IMG/VR virus record: IMGVR_UViG_3300032236_001858
Source: a virus
Lineage: Duplodnaviria; Heunggongvirae; Uroviricota; Caudoviricetes
Reading direction: 5' to 3' (one strand)
Length of the DNA stretch: 64,000 bases
Shown here: positions 19,801-29,370 of the stretch, piece after piece
Numbering within the stretch: position 1 is the first letter of the stretch
Layout: each line of letters opens with the position of its first letter
Translations under genes and position numbers: made by a program
The notes under the pieces: model-generated
Databases searched by the model: none
What the model saw: the letters and a program-made list of their open reading frames with translations, nothing else
Told to the model about the DNA's origin: nothing

Positions 19801-20320
19801 AATAAATGGTGAGGATAGAAAAGATGTTTTAGTTAATCTTAAAAATTATGATTTTATTCCAAATTATAATCTTCAACTATTTGATAAAATAATAGCCAAA
19901 GATGGTGATGAAAAATGTCCTATACTTTTCAATGTTTCAAATTATGAGACTCGTAAATCATGGGTATCTGATGAAAAAAATGAAGAGTATAAATATACAC
20001 TGATACACTCTACTCCAAAAGGAGGAACAAGGTATAAATATTCATCAAAAAATGATAATGGTCATTTTGGTATATCAAAGGTTATATTTGGTGAGAGTGG
20101 AATAGGAGATGTTATAATTGATATGAATGGTGATTATGGTATGACGCAAGGTGCTATGTCAATAATAATATCTTCATTAGAAGAGGCCAACAATATTAAA
20201 AAAGCATTGATGAGTGGTAAATTTAATGAATTTTTAAAGACAGTAATGTGGTCAAACTTTCGTATAGACTGGAGATTATTTAGTTATCTTAAAAAAGACT
20301 TTTGGAAGGAATTTATATGA
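16811..20320 (+). CDS. single-chain nuclease-helicase-methyltransferase (Type ISP/IIG-like R-M)
   Basis: GIY-YIG/T5orf172-like N-term (KIGMT..REWF), RSGKT, DEVH, SATP, then GEVFT, FLDPSNGIG, GNPPY. Confidence 0.82.
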   Translation: MKEIIYVYTTDTYKSKNWFKIGMTNQESGSVRISQQDGTSNPERLEKKYEMDISGETELSAYEVEQKIHRYYDRLGKRVRDNREWFEVEGGVDEIKKVIESILDNSDLHKSQIKLKPHQIEANIKINECFNSDDKKCLLAHKPRSGKTFTTIFNIKENNYKNVVILTSYPILNYQWEEVITSFKGFSNTEIIIGSGLSKIELNSEKNSIVLLSLQDVKGGEEVFEKEKFDLIKDIEFDLLVIDEVHYGVETEKTQNFLNKIKFTRMLGLSATPTRNLLCGRFSKDQIHNYTLVEEVQLKKQYPDLYPYADINFLIWNLSNNEKSELKYFSDEEQFKFDKFFRIEGGEFYYKSDIIFLFKKLIGDKDICRRDKLGTSYPFKNNGEFSVIKSILLFVPGIDVQYKLKSLLEELESYDDFNIHITNSNEYSSKKLISKIKRDFKSGDKRSLILAVDQLTTGITLDDCDMSALMNDWRSVDKYVQSSFRCQSPREGKNNCFVLDFNAARSFELMWEYQNIISKNNGKQLTENILDWVECVNIFNRVDGELKRVDFDGFNSEYNKAVLERPRFNYQSVILSEKLSDVEVGKALQAIGVKGGSSSSDEYLNDDGIERGKSKEGVKGGSKKTDKKDEISQVKLMEIAKALVDKTMLLSIFTYFKHDNVDDCFKALLEDNTIVEGIGELGRKMYLETLLLGMNDVDNINLGVIKFIYDNIFDKDVINKKLYLFNQNVNLIYNSIGENPGDISTMLVNLMELVDSYLKPSNTEKKMLGEVFTSLELVEEMLNKLPVEVWSNPDLKFLDPSNGIGNFPVILVKKLMVGLKEWQPDSELRLKHILENQIYVCELQSKNMFIYLQLFDSENQYKLNFHRGSFLDENFTEVMKKWGVDKFDVVVGNPPYNNDQKAEGKRGGGDTLWDKFVIKIINSFLKENGYLVFVHPTLWRKPQSDRSTSKDVSELMMKKQIHYLECHDSNDGMKVFNAGTRYDFYVLENCSIYKETLINGEDRKDVLVNLKNYDFIPNYNLQLFDKIIAKDGDEKCPILFNVSNYETRKSWVSDEKNEEYKYTLIHSTPKGGTRYKYSSKNDNGHFGISKVIFGESGIGDVIIDMNGDYGMTQGAMSIIISSLEEANNIKKALMSGKFNEFLKTVMWSNFRIDWRLFSYLKKDFWKEFI

Positions 20321-20889
20321 TACTAACTAATATTGAGTATAAAATAAGATTAGATGATAATCTAATAGTTATAGATAAATTAGATGGTAATACTTATATA
20401 AGTATTTCACTTCCTTTATATTGGACACAACATGTTGATGATTGTGATGATTGTAAATCATTTTATTCTAAATTAAAAAATGAATCAAAGGATGACTGGT
20501 TTGTAAATTACAATGATGAATATTATAAATTGGAATTTTTAGACAACCAATATATTGGAAATGGACATAATACTATTATGGATTCTAAAATAGACTTAAA
20601 AAAAGTTGACATATCAAATATTAACCATACTGAGTATTATAAAATACAAAATATTAAATTAATAAGTGTTAATAAATATGAAAGTATTGAAATTAATAGA
20701 AATGATAAGTTGGATCACTTAATTCCATCAGAATATAATGATACAGATAAAGTTATTTATAAAAATATGTTCTTCACTCCTATATCAAAAGAATTTTCAG
20801 AAGATATTACAAATAATGAACAAACTATTAAAATAGAATTAGATAAATTAGAATCATTTGATTTTAAAATCCTAATTTCTAAAAAATAA
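20317..20889 (+). CDS. hypothetical protein
   Basis: ORF; ATGA overlap with the upstream gene favours the 20317 start. Confidence 0.65.
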   Translation: MILTNIEYKIRLDDNLIVIDKLDGNTYISISLPLYWTQHVDDCDDCKSFYSKLKNESKDDWFVNYNDEYYKLEFLDNQYIGNGHNTIMDSKIDLKKVDISNINHTEYYKIQNIKLISVNKYESIEINRNDKLDHLIPSEYNDTDKVIYKNMFFTPISKEFSEDITNNEQTIKIELDKLESFDFKILISKK

Positions 20890-20898
20890 CCCTATGAA

Positions 20899-21168
20899 AT
20901 GGATATCCAACAATATTACCTAATAATTAAACAAAAGCTAGAATCGGGCGACTACACAACAACCAATCAAAGAGAAATAAATACTCATTTAGAAGCGATA
21001 AACTATCTACAATGGGAATTTATGTCTGATAGAAAAGATCCAAGAATAAATAGAGTTTTCTCAGATATTTGTATTCCAAATAATATCAATCAGGGAGAAC
21101 TTGATGTTGATTTTTCTAAATATTCTGTTGAGGAATTTCTAAGAGATATCATGACCTTGAAAGATTAA
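20899..21168 (+). CDS. hypothetical protein
   Basis: 89-aa ORF. Confidence 0.65.
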   Translation: MDIQQYYLIIKQKLESGDYTTTNQREINTHLEAINYLQWEFMSDRKDPRINRVFSDICIPNNINQGELDVDFSKYSVEEFLRDIMTLKD

Positions 21169-21218
21169 TTTCTAATTCAAATTATTTTCCTTATCTTTGT
21201 ATTCTAAACAAAATCACT

Positions 21219-21356
21219 ATGGGAAGAGTAAAAGAAATCTATATGGAAATCCAAGAAAAACTTGGAGAAGACGTTGAAGTAACTGAAGAAGTATTTACTC
21301 AACATCTAATTGAAAAAGGAATTTACAAAGAAGACAATTCCGACGAAGAAGAATAA
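21219..21356 (+). CDS. small acidic protein (45 aa)
   Basis: MGRVKEIYMEIQEK...DEEE between a TATCTTTG promoter (21192) and a terminator. Confidence 0.65.
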   Translation: MGRVKEIYMEIQEKLGEDVEVTEEVFTQHLIEKGIYKEDNSDEEE

Positions 21357-21378
21357 ATTTGTTAGACATAAAATAAAG

Positions 21379-21410
21379 AAACCCATCTAATTTTTTAGAT
21401 GGGTTTTTTT
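21379..21410 (+). terminator. intrinsic terminator
   Basis: AAACCCATCTAA-TTTT-TTAGATGGGTTTTTTT. Confidence 0.85.
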
Positions 21411-21422
21411 ATATATAGTATA

Positions 21423-21884
21423 ATGAAATATTTAAAAACATATAAAATATTTGAGGCTAAGTTAAAAACTATTCAGTATAAAGATATGACTGACTGGGGA
21501 AGTACTGAACCACAAAAGGTTAATAAGCAAATAGAACCTGAATATTTTAATTTAGTATTTGCTGATTTTATTGATGATGGCGCTGAAGTTGAATCTAATA
21601 CAACCGAAGACCATATAGAAGATTATTGGGAAATAATTATTAAAGAGCCAGTATTAAGAGGTTCAAGAGCAGTATCAAGAGATTCAATAGATATTGATAA
21701 TCATATTAAAACTATTGAAAAGTTAAATGAGTTATACTTAGATATTAAATCTTGTATAAATAAAATAAAGGATGAATACCCTAATATCAATGTAGAATTT
21801 TCTATTGAAGAATTTGGAGAGAATAATGCTTGGGAAAATAAAATTGAAAGAAATATACACTTAATATTTAATTACAAACAATGA
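21423..21884 (+). CDS. tagged hypothetical protein
   Basis: MKYLKTYKIFEA. Confidence 0.78.
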   Translation: MKYLKTYKIFEAKLKTIQYKDMTDWGSTEPQKVNKQIEPEYFNLVFADFIDDGAEVESNTTEDHIEDYWEIIIKEPVLRGSRAVSRDSIDIDNHIKTIEKLNELYLDIKSCINKIKDEYPNINVEFSIEEFGENNAWENKIERNIHLIFNYKQ

Positions 21885-22390
21885 GATATTTAAAAACATA
21901 TAAAATATTTGAATCTTCAGATGATATACAATCTGAGATTATAGATATATTTCAACCGCTTATAGATATAAGTAATGTGAAGATGAGACATCATCCGAGC
22001 TTACCAGAACTTGGTAATAAGAAAACTTTAGAAATATCTATTAACTTCGACCGTTTAGCTGAACCTACTTCAATAAAAAGTGAGTATGATGTAGATTACA
22101 GACCGGTTAAAGATGGTAATTCTATAGCTACTGAGTTAGCAGATGCCATTGATAGATGTGTTAATATTTTAGGAATAGAATTAAAAAGAGCCGAAGTTGG
22201 TTGGATAAATGCTGGCGAATGGTCTCAATGTGCTAATAACGGATCACTAGGTAAGATATTTACATCTGATGGTGTAGTTGGACCTTTAGATAAATTAACT
22301 AAAGGCGAATATTCTACTGATTTATTACCGGAGTTTATTGTTCAGAAAGGTGATAGAATAAGAAATATTAAATTAACATTTAGATACTAA
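21881..22390 (+). CDS. tagged hypothetical protein
   Basis: MRYLKTYKIFES. Confidence 0.78.
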   Translation: MRYLKTYKIFESSDDIQSEIIDIFQPLIDISNVKMRHHPSLPELGNKKTLEISINFDRLAEPTSIKSEYDVDYRPVKDGNSIATELADAIDRCVNILGIELKRAEVGWINAGEWSQCANNGSLGKIFTSDGVVGPLDKLTKGEYSTDLLPEFIVQKGDRIRNIKLTFRY

Positions 22391-23634
22391 TGAGACACTT
22401 AGAAACATATAAAATATTTGAATCACTAGTTGATAAAAAGATACAACTACTAAAGGACCTTGCTATTGAATTACAAGATGCTGGTCTTCAAGTAGAAGTG
22501 ATTAATGGTTCTCATTCTCATTTACTTAGAGACCCAAGGGTTTCTATTCACACCGGTTCAAGATATACTAATGATTATAAGAAGTTTATAGTTATGAAAG
22601 TAACTGACGATGATAATAAGTTTAATGCTGATTTATATTTTACTGATACTATACAAGATTTTATAGAAACATTGAAGTCATATGGTATGAATCCAAGAGG
22701 AATGTCTGGTGGTAATCATTTTACCGTATTCAAATTTGATAAACATGGTAGTATGACCAACTCACCAATTGTTAGAGAGTCAAAGATATTTGAGGCTAAG
22801 AAGTCTTTAGTAGATGATTATCTTTCTAAGATAGACGCAACTCGTCAAGATGTGATTGATGTCTTTCAAGGTATTATAGACTTAGGTTTTAATCCAAAGT
22901 TTAAGTTATCTTACATAGATAAGAATGGTAGAGCAAAAGAAGAGAAAACAAGTGGTCAAGAAACGCCATTATTGACTATTAAGTTTGAATCATCTCGTGA
23001 AAAGTATATTGGTGGCTCTGTTAGATTTGATAACTTAGATTACTTAGAAAATCTTTATCATAGTTTAGCTATGTTTATGTCAATGTATAAAGACAAGTGT
23101 AATATTGAATATGATTTAGATAATATGATTGAATTAAAATTAAGATTACAATTTGATACTGAGTATGATGAGAATAAATTATCTATAAGTAGAGATGATG
23201 TTTATGATGCTTTAGAATCGGCTCTTCAAATTATACCACAAGATTATTCAAATAGTCTAAGATCAGATTATCGTACAATTAGTTTAGATATAGAACCAAC
23301 TGATGATGTGACTGAAGAATTAGCTAAAGAATTAGAAAGTTCTAAGGATAAGAAAGAGGTTGATAATTCTACTGAGGTTAATAAGATAGCTAAAGATGTT
23401 GTTAATGAAGTGGCAAAGATAATGTCAGTTAATCTTAAAAAAGATATTAAATATGAATCCAAATATCGTGCCAAATCAGGTCTTTATTGTGGTGAGCAAC
23501 TACTTTGTAATGTATCTATAGATGAAAGTGATGATTCTAAGAAATATTCATATCATGTTAAAAGAGGATTTTTAAGAACTGATAAATGTTATATTAAGAT
23601 AGCCCCTATAAGAATAGAAATTCAATTAGCATAA
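22390..23634 (+). CDS. tagged hypothetical protein with an internal second tag
   Basis: MRHLETYKIFES and internal RESKIFEA. Confidence 0.78.
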   Translation: MRHLETYKIFESLVDKKIQLLKDLAIELQDAGLQVEVINGSHSHLLRDPRVSIHTGSRYTNDYKKFIVMKVTDDDNKFNADLYFTDTIQDFIETLKSYGMNPRGMSGGNHFTVFKFDKHGSMTNSPIVRESKIFEAKKSLVDDYLSKIDATRQDVIDVFQGIIDLGFNPKFKLSYIDKNGRAKEEKTSGQETPLLTIKFESSREKYIGGSVRFDNLDYLENLYHSLAMFMSMYKDKCNIEYDLDNMIELKLRLQFDTEYDENKLSISRDDVYDALESALQIIPQDYSNSLRSDYRTISLDIEPTDDVTEELAKELESSKDKKEVDNSTEVNKIAKDVVNEVAKIMSVNLKKDIKYESKYRAKSGLYCGEQLLCNVSIDESDDSKKYSYHVKRGFLRTDKCYIKIAPIRIEIQLA

Positions 23635-24158
23635 TGAAACATATAAAGACATATAAACTATTTGAAAGTATTGATACTGATAAAATTTATAATAACATAG
23701 ATACTTCTGATAATGATGTTTATTATCAAATACCATTCCAATGGTTTTATGACGGTAAAGAATTTGGTGATGACTTTAAGTTATTTCTTGGTGAAAGATT
23801 TATTTATGATTACATAAAAGATGAAGAAATAACAAAAGAATTAGAATCTGATTTAAGTAATGTTGATTTAAGTAAAGGGTGGGAATCTGATACATTTCAT
23901 TCTGGTGATAATAAAGATAACATACACACTAAAAGGATTGCTAAATTAGTTCAGTCATTACAAAATAATGAGCCACTAAGACCTATATCTTTTTGGGTAT
24001 CAGAAAATAGTTATATGCATGATTGTTATAATTTCATAGAAGATGGAAATCATAGGTTAAGAGCTTTACAGTATTTAGGTTATGATTATTTCCCAGCTTA
24101 TGTTTATGGTTCTCATGAGAAGTTTATTTTAGAAGAATTAAAAAAATTAAATAGTTAA
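23634..24158 (+). CDS. tagged protein with ParB/Srx-like domain
   Basis: MKHIKTYKLFES; IEDGNHRLRAL. Confidence 0.72.
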   Translation: MKHIKTYKLFESIDTDKIYNNIDTSDNDVYYQIPFQWFYDGKEFGDDFKLFLGERFIYDYIKDEEITKELESDLSNVDLSKGWESDTFHSGDNKDNIHTKRIAKLVQSLQNNEPLRPISFWVSENSYMHDCYNFIEDGNHRLRALQYLGYDYFPAYVYGSHEKFILEELKKLNS

Positions 24159-24169
24159 TATATACTATA

Positions 24170-24643
24170 ATGAAACATCTAAAGACATACAAGATATTTG
24201 AAAATATTGATACGATAATAAATGATCTTAAAGATATCTTATTAGAGTTACAAGATAAGAACTTTAACATACGAATTGCGAGTATTGAACATCATGCTGG
24301 TGAAAATGCCTTAGATATAACTATATCTAAAGATGGTGGTAATTTTGATTTCTGGACAGAAAGTAATATAGGTGAACTCACACCTTTCAATTTTATTGAG
24401 GTTAAAGAGGATCTAATAAGATTATTAGAATATGCTAATAGTGAAGGATGGTATGACTTTAACTTTGAAATTATTACACCATCAAACACATTAAATGGTA
24501 GTAAAAAATTTAATGATGGTACATACCAAGCTTCGGTGGAAGTTAAAGGTGATGAGATTGTAACTAATTACAGTTGGAATCAAGGTGAACCAATTAAAGA
24601 TGATGAAAAGATCCTTTGTGTTTATATTGGATTGTTGAAATAA
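24170..24643 (+). CDS. tagged hypothetical protein
   Basis: MKHLKTYKIFEN; TAATATATA at 24156. Confidence 0.78.
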   Translation: MKHLKTYKIFENIDTIINDLKDILLELQDKNFNIRIASIEHHAGENALDITISKDGGNFDFWTESNIGELTPFNFIEVKEDLIRLLEYANSEGWYDFNFEIITPSNTLNGSKKFNDGTYQASVEVKGDEIVTNYSWNQGEPIKDDEKILCVYIGLLK

Positions 24644-24654
24644 TATATACTCTA

Positions 24655-25047
24655 ATGAAACATCTAAAATCATATAAAGTATTTGAGTCAACTGAGACAG
24701 AGCAAGACTTAAAAGATATCCTACTTGAGCTACAAGATGAAGGATATAAAGTTATACATAATGATGATGTTATGTTAGGGGTTACTGGTGAACCAGGAAA
24801 TATTAAAGCTATCTGGGTAAGAGATGTTAATAATCCAAGTTATAGTGAAGGTAAAGATTGGGAAGAGTTAAGAGATTACGCTTTAAGAATTAAAGATTAC
24901 TTAGGTGATAAGTATTTGAGCTTTGCTTGGAGACCTATTCTTTTAGGAAGTCAAGGTAAAGAAAATCCTTATCATACTGTTAAGTTAAATGAAGATACCC
25001 AAATAGATGAAAAAATATACTCATTCGTAATAAAATACAAAGAATAA
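24655..25047 (+). CDS. tagged hypothetical protein
   Basis: MKHLKSYKVFES; TAATATATA at 24641. Confidence 0.78.
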   Translation: MKHLKSYKVFESTETEQDLKDILLELQDEGYKVIHNDDVMLGVTGEPGNIKAIWVRDVNNPSYSEGKDWEELRDYALRIKDYLGDKYLSFAWRPILLGSQGKENPYHTVKLNEDTQIDEKIYSFVIKYKE

Positions 25048-25077
25048 AAAAGCCCTCTTAATGAGGGCTTTCTTTTT
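25046..25077. terminator. bidirectional terminator
   Basis: AAAAAGCCCTC-TTAAT-GAGGGCTTT. Confidence 0.8.
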
Positions 25078-28012
25078 ATCTTAATAAAGTGATATTACCT
25101 TTCTTATAGAATCTCTTACCTTTATATGAATAAGCTTCTGCTTCATAAACATAAACACCAATCGGACAAGGCTCACCTTTAAATCTACCATCCCAGCCTT
25201 CATCTATATTCTTTGTTTCAAATACCATCTGACCCCATCTATTGAATATTCTAAAATGATCCAATGTAGCAATACCATGATGTTGTACTTTAATTATATC
25301 ATTAGGTGAAGAACCCGGTGAAAAAGCATTAGCCACATCAATATAAGAATCATCTTCTACAATCACAACAACTGTATCAGTTACTTCACAACCATATTCT
25401 GTTTTAGCATTGACAGTATAAATAATACTAGATTGTACTGAAGTAATAGGTGATGATATACAAGGATTACTTAAACCATTAAGCGGAAACCAATTAAAGT
25501 ATAAACAATTACCACCTGGTGTAAATTGATATGATTCACCTGGATATAATCTAATCGTATCTGGTAGATTAATACTTGCTAAGTTTTTAATCTCTACATT
25601 TACAAGAGTAGAATCTATACAACCTGTTACTTCTTGTGCCACGACTAAATAAGTAAAATTACCTGGAGGCCATACTGTTGGCTCTTGAGCCGTATCACTA
25701 CTAATATATAAATTAGGGTACCAATGAATCCAAGTTAAAGGAGCGGCAAAAGTACTTAATAACTTAGTAGAATCTCCAGGACACAATGGTTTTATTCCTA
25801 AAGGTTGGAAAAAATTACTTGCAATTACCGTATAAGTCGCATCATCACTTCCATTACATCCGATTGGTGTTGTTACCGTTAAGTTAACATTTTGACTCAA
25901 TACACTATTAAAGATTGGATTCGCTATTGATGGGTTATTAAACGCACCTGAAGGTGTCCAAGTGTAAGTGTAAAAAGGATATGTTCCTGGTGTTATTATT
26001 GGATCACATTGAATTGTATCACCATTACATATTGTTCTGTCCGCCCCAATAAACACAGTTGGATTTGGTTGAACATCAATATAGATTGTCTTAATTGAAT
26101 CTTTACATCCTGTCTTGGTTGCTTTGATTGTATATAACCTTGAGGTGTCAGGTGTAATCGTTGGTGACATTATGTTTGGATTACTCACAAATAAATTAGG
26201 TGTCCATTTATAAGTATAACGATTATCACCAGTTACATTTATGTTAACCGTATTACCCTTACAAATCGCAGTATCTTTATTGTTTAGTTTGAACCCTTGT
26301 AATACTTTTATTTTCAATGTATCATAACGAGCACATTGATTTAATCCATTTGGAGTTATCTTAACAATATAAGTCGTATCTTTTGTAGGAGTACAAATTG
26401 GATTATTAATAGTATCCTTATTCAAAAAAGTTGAAGGAAACCATTTAACACTAAAAATTGTGTTAGCACTTGGAATTAAATTAGTATTCAATAATAACGA
26501 GTTATTGATACAAGTTACAGTATCTGGTCCCAAATTGAATATCGGTATTGGTGATACTGTTACGGTAGTCGTATCTTTGTATTTATCACAAACACCCATC
26601 AAATTACTTGTAACCACATATTGAGTTGTTACAGTTGGATTAGCAAATGGAGCAGGACAATTAGTACAAGTTAATGAAGTCACAGGCGAACCACCAGGTA
26701 AAACTGACCAAGTGAATTGGGTACCACCAGCAACTTGCAACATAGCATAATCACCAATACATATTATTGGATATGTGGTGATATGAGTTTGTTGCCAAAT
26801 ATAAATTGGTACAATAAATGTTTGTGATACAGGAATACCAGGAGGTGTACAAGTAGAATCTTTAATAGTAAATGTTAATATCCTTAAACCTGTATCAATT
26901 AATGAAGGAGACCAATTAAAACAAGTTCTAACTGAATCTGTAAATGGATGAGTTGTAGTAAGTGTTGAACCAGGAGTGGTAATGCTATTATTAGATGATA
27001 CAACTAATATAGCATTTGAATTAGTTGATTTGGCATCAAAACAAAATGATATTGTATGACCACCACATCCTTCTATTCTACCATTGTTCCAAGTACCACC
27101 TACAATAGATACTGTATCTAAATTCAAGGTTGGTGGAGGGATGGTACAAGCTTTAACAATAATTTGTATATCTCTCATCACAGAACCTATTAACACACCA
27201 TTTCTCCATTCTTTTACAAAAACAGTAACAACTGCAACTTGTTGAATGTTAGGTGTAAATGATATCTGTCCTGTTGTTGGACTAATAGTAAATGTATTGT
27301 TTGTACTTAATGGGTTATTAGTTAAGTTATAGGTTACGGGTGGTGAAGTTGTGTTTGTAAATCCTATGTCTGAACCCGCAATAACATTACAACCGGCTGA
27401 ACTTGTTTTTGGTTGAATTATAGAAAATGACATTGAATCGTTATTAGGGTCAACAGCGCCATTATTATAGTTGTATGGCATATTAACACAAAGATAAGGT
27501 ACTGGTTTTACGGTAAAATAAGGTGATGAATTACCTTGAGCATATTGATTGTTAAGCATTGCTTCAACATACATATTCTGAGTACCAGGTTGATATAAAT
27601 TAGTAATGGCATTATTTCTAGCACCTTCAGAAATATAAAATTTCCATGAATTACATCTTGAAGGCAGTGTGATTGTGTTTTCATATATCCACTCTCTATA
27701 ACCAGGGAAGGTACCACCGTTACAAGTACTTGGGTAACCAGGACAACCGGTACTTACTTCTTGTCCATTGGTTGGACTTGTAATTTTACTGAGTGTTATG
27801 TTAGTACACCAATTAGTACAAGGATTAAAACAATAACATAAAACATCACTGGGTTCTGGAATACCAGTACAATCTCTATAAAATTTGAATGTAATTTTAT
27901 ATGTTGAATCTGATATCCAACTATAAAGTAGTTCACCGCCAGCGCAGTGAGATGCTTTGCTCACGTTAGCAAAGGAAAGTAGCATAATTAATGCTAAGAG
28001 TAATCGTTTCAT
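25076..28012 (-). CDS. second secreted protein with T9SS type-B C-terminal domain, paralog of 9347-12310
   Basis: SKA-SHCAGGEL; ends VANAFSP..IFNRWGQMVF..GWDG..GNITLLR. Confidence 0.88.
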   Translation of the reverse strand: MKRLLLALIMLLSFANVSKASHCAGGELLYSWISDSTYKITFKFYRDCTGIPEPSDVLCYCFNPCTNWCTNITLSKITSPTNGQEVSTGCPGYPSTCNGGTFPGYREWIYENTITLPSRCNSWKFYISEGARNNAITNLYQPGTQNMYVEAMLNNQYAQGNSSPYFTVKPVPYLCVNMPYNYNNGAVDPNNDSMSFSIIQPKTSSAGCNVIAGSDIGFTNTTSPPVTYNLTNNPLSTNNTFTISPTTGQISFTPNIQQVAVVTVFVKEWRNGVLIGSVMRDIQIIVKACTIPPPTLNLDTVSIVGGTWNNGRIEGCGGHTISFCFDAKSTNSNAILVVSSNNSITTPGSTLTTTHPFTDSVRTCFNWSPSLIDTGLRILTFTIKDSTCTPPGIPVSQTFIVPIYIWQQTHITTYPIICIGDYAMLQVAGGTQFTWSVLPGGSPVTSLTCTNCPAPFANPTVTTQYVVTSNLMGVCDKYKDTTTVTVSPIPIFNLGPDTVTCINNSLLLNTNLIPSANTIFSVKWFPSTFLNKDTINNPICTPTKDTTYIVKITPNGLNQCARYDTLKIKVLQGFKLNNKDTAICKGNTVNINVTGDNRYTYKWTPNLFVSNPNIMSPTITPDTSRLYTIKATKTGCKDSIKTIYIDVQPNPTVFIGADRTICNGDTIQCDPIITPGTYPFYTYTWTPSGAFNNPSIANPIFNSVLSQNVNLTVTTPIGCNGSDDATYTVIASNFFQPLGIKPLCPGDSTKLLSTFAAPLTWIHWYPNLYISSDTAQEPTVWPPGNFTYLVVAQEVTGCIDSTLVNVEIKNLASINLPDTIRLYPGESYQFTPGGNCLYFNWFPLNGLSNPCISSPITSVQSSIIYTVNAKTEYGCEVTDTVVVIVEDDSYIDVANAFSPGSSPNDIIKVQHHGIATLDHFRIFNRWGQMVFETKNIDEGWDGRFKGEPCPIGVYVYEAEAYSYKGKRFYKKGNITLLR

Positions 28013-28088
28013 ATTTAAGGTTTTACATAAAGTTATGACACTACCATGACAATTCCAAAAATTATTTTTTTATTTAATATATACTTTA

Positions 28089-28490
28089 ATGAAACACTTA
28101 AAGAAATATAATGAATCTGATCAAGAATTCACATTCATAGACATTATTGATATCCTACAAGATATCATTGATGAAGGTCATGATATTGTTATTTATTCAG
28201 CTACAGGTAATTATTATACACCTGAAGATATTAATAAAAGAGGTGTAGAAACTGAATTCAGGTTTCAGAGATATGCTAATGAAAATAAAAAGTCATTTAA
28301 GATTCAAATCAACTTCAAGATGAGTTTAGAGTATAGTTATCTTGTTGATTTCTTTGATGAGATGAAAGTACCTATCGCCAGATTTGAAGATACTGGATTT
28401 TATCTAAGCCATATGGAACCAAAAGTAACTGACGAATCGGATCTCTATCGTTGTTATGGGGTTTACTACAATTTTGAATCAGATAATTAA
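28089..28490 (+). CDS. tagged hypothetical protein
   Basis: MKHLKKYNES; TAATATATA at 28075. Confidence 0.75.
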   Translation: MKHLKKYNESDQEFTFIDIIDILQDIIDEGHDIVIYSATGNYYTPEDINKRGVETEFRFQRYANENKKSFKIQINFKMSLEYSYLVDFFDEMKVPIARFEDTGFYLSHMEPKVTDESDLYRCYGVYYNFESDN

Positions 28491-28494
28491 TAAG

Positions 28495-29088
28495 CTATAA
28501 TCCAGATTTTTCTAAACAATCCTTTAAGAAAACCTTTGCTTCTTCTGGTGTTAAATCATTAGCATCTTTTCCACTTGGTACGGTATAAGCAAAATCACCA
28601 GCTTTAATTAGTCTTCTACCAGCCGCATCATTATCATAAATAACAATCTTCTTTTGTATTAAAGTTTTTAACCAAGATTTTAGTGAATCACTTGGGTTAT
28701 TACAAAGAACAGCTATAGCCGGATAACCAGCTTCTTGAATTCTAGCCGCATCAAATATACCTTCAGTTATAAATACAAACTCATCACTCATAACATCTAA
28801 AGATTCTAATCCCCAAACAGCAATCTTTTTACCTTTACCTTCATCAGAAACCCAAGTGAAATATTTAGCCATTCTTGGATCTTCTAAATTGGATTGACCT
28901 GTTTTTTGATAATCAGGATTGTATTTTTGATAACCCACCATTTGACCAGACAGGTTGTAAAGAAAGAAATAAGAATCTCCAGTATCTTCATCCATAATGA
29001 CTCTAGTCTTCGTAGGATCAACGCCACGACCTTTTAGATGGTCTGTTAGACTACCTTCAAATTCTTCATATAGTTTTAAATATCTCAT
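28495..29088 (-). CDS. Toprim-domain (primase-like) protein with N-terminal tag
   Basis: FITEGIFDA, YDNDAAG, GKDAND; starts MRYLKLYEEFE. Confidence 0.8.
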   Translation of the reverse strand: MRYLKLYEEFEGSLTDHLKGRGVDPTKTRVIMDEDTGDSYFFLYNLSGQMVGYQKYNPDYQKTGQSNLEDPRMAKYFTWVSDEGKGKKIAVWGLESLDVMSDEFVFITEGIFDAARIQEAGYPAIAVLCNNPSDSLKSWLKTLIQKKIVIYDNDAAGRRLIKAGDFAYTVPSGKDANDLTPEEAKVFLKDCLEKSGL

Positions 29089-29165
29089 AGTGTATATATT
29101 AATTTTAAATTAATACAAACTGGATGTATATACATTTATATATACTAAAAATATAATCTTACGAT

Positions 29166-29360
29166 ATGGCAGCACCTAAAGACAAAATGTTCTCACTACG
29201 AATTCCTGAAAAACTCTTAAATGAATATAGAGAGTTTTGTGAAGAAAATTCTATTAACATTTCTATGAGATTAAGAAAATTTATTGAAAGAGACCTTGAG
29301 GGTTATAGGGCTAAAAAGCTTCAACAACAAATACAAAGAAAAAATAATAATCAATCTTAA
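29166..29360 (+). CDS. ribbon-helix-helix DNA-binding protein
   Basis: MFSLRIPEKLLNEY..C....INIS..LRKFIE pattern. Confidence 0.65.
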   Translation: MAAPKDKMFSLRIPEKLLNEYREFCEENSINISMRLRKFIERDLEGYRAKKLQQQIQRKNNNQS

Positions 29361-29370
29361 TATATAGATT

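Noticed and set aside
9347-28012. Diversity-generating retroelement or invertible cassette behind the two T9SS paralogs
   Set aside because: No reverse transcriptase or recombinase, and I saw no near-identical template/variable repeat; divergence is spread throughout
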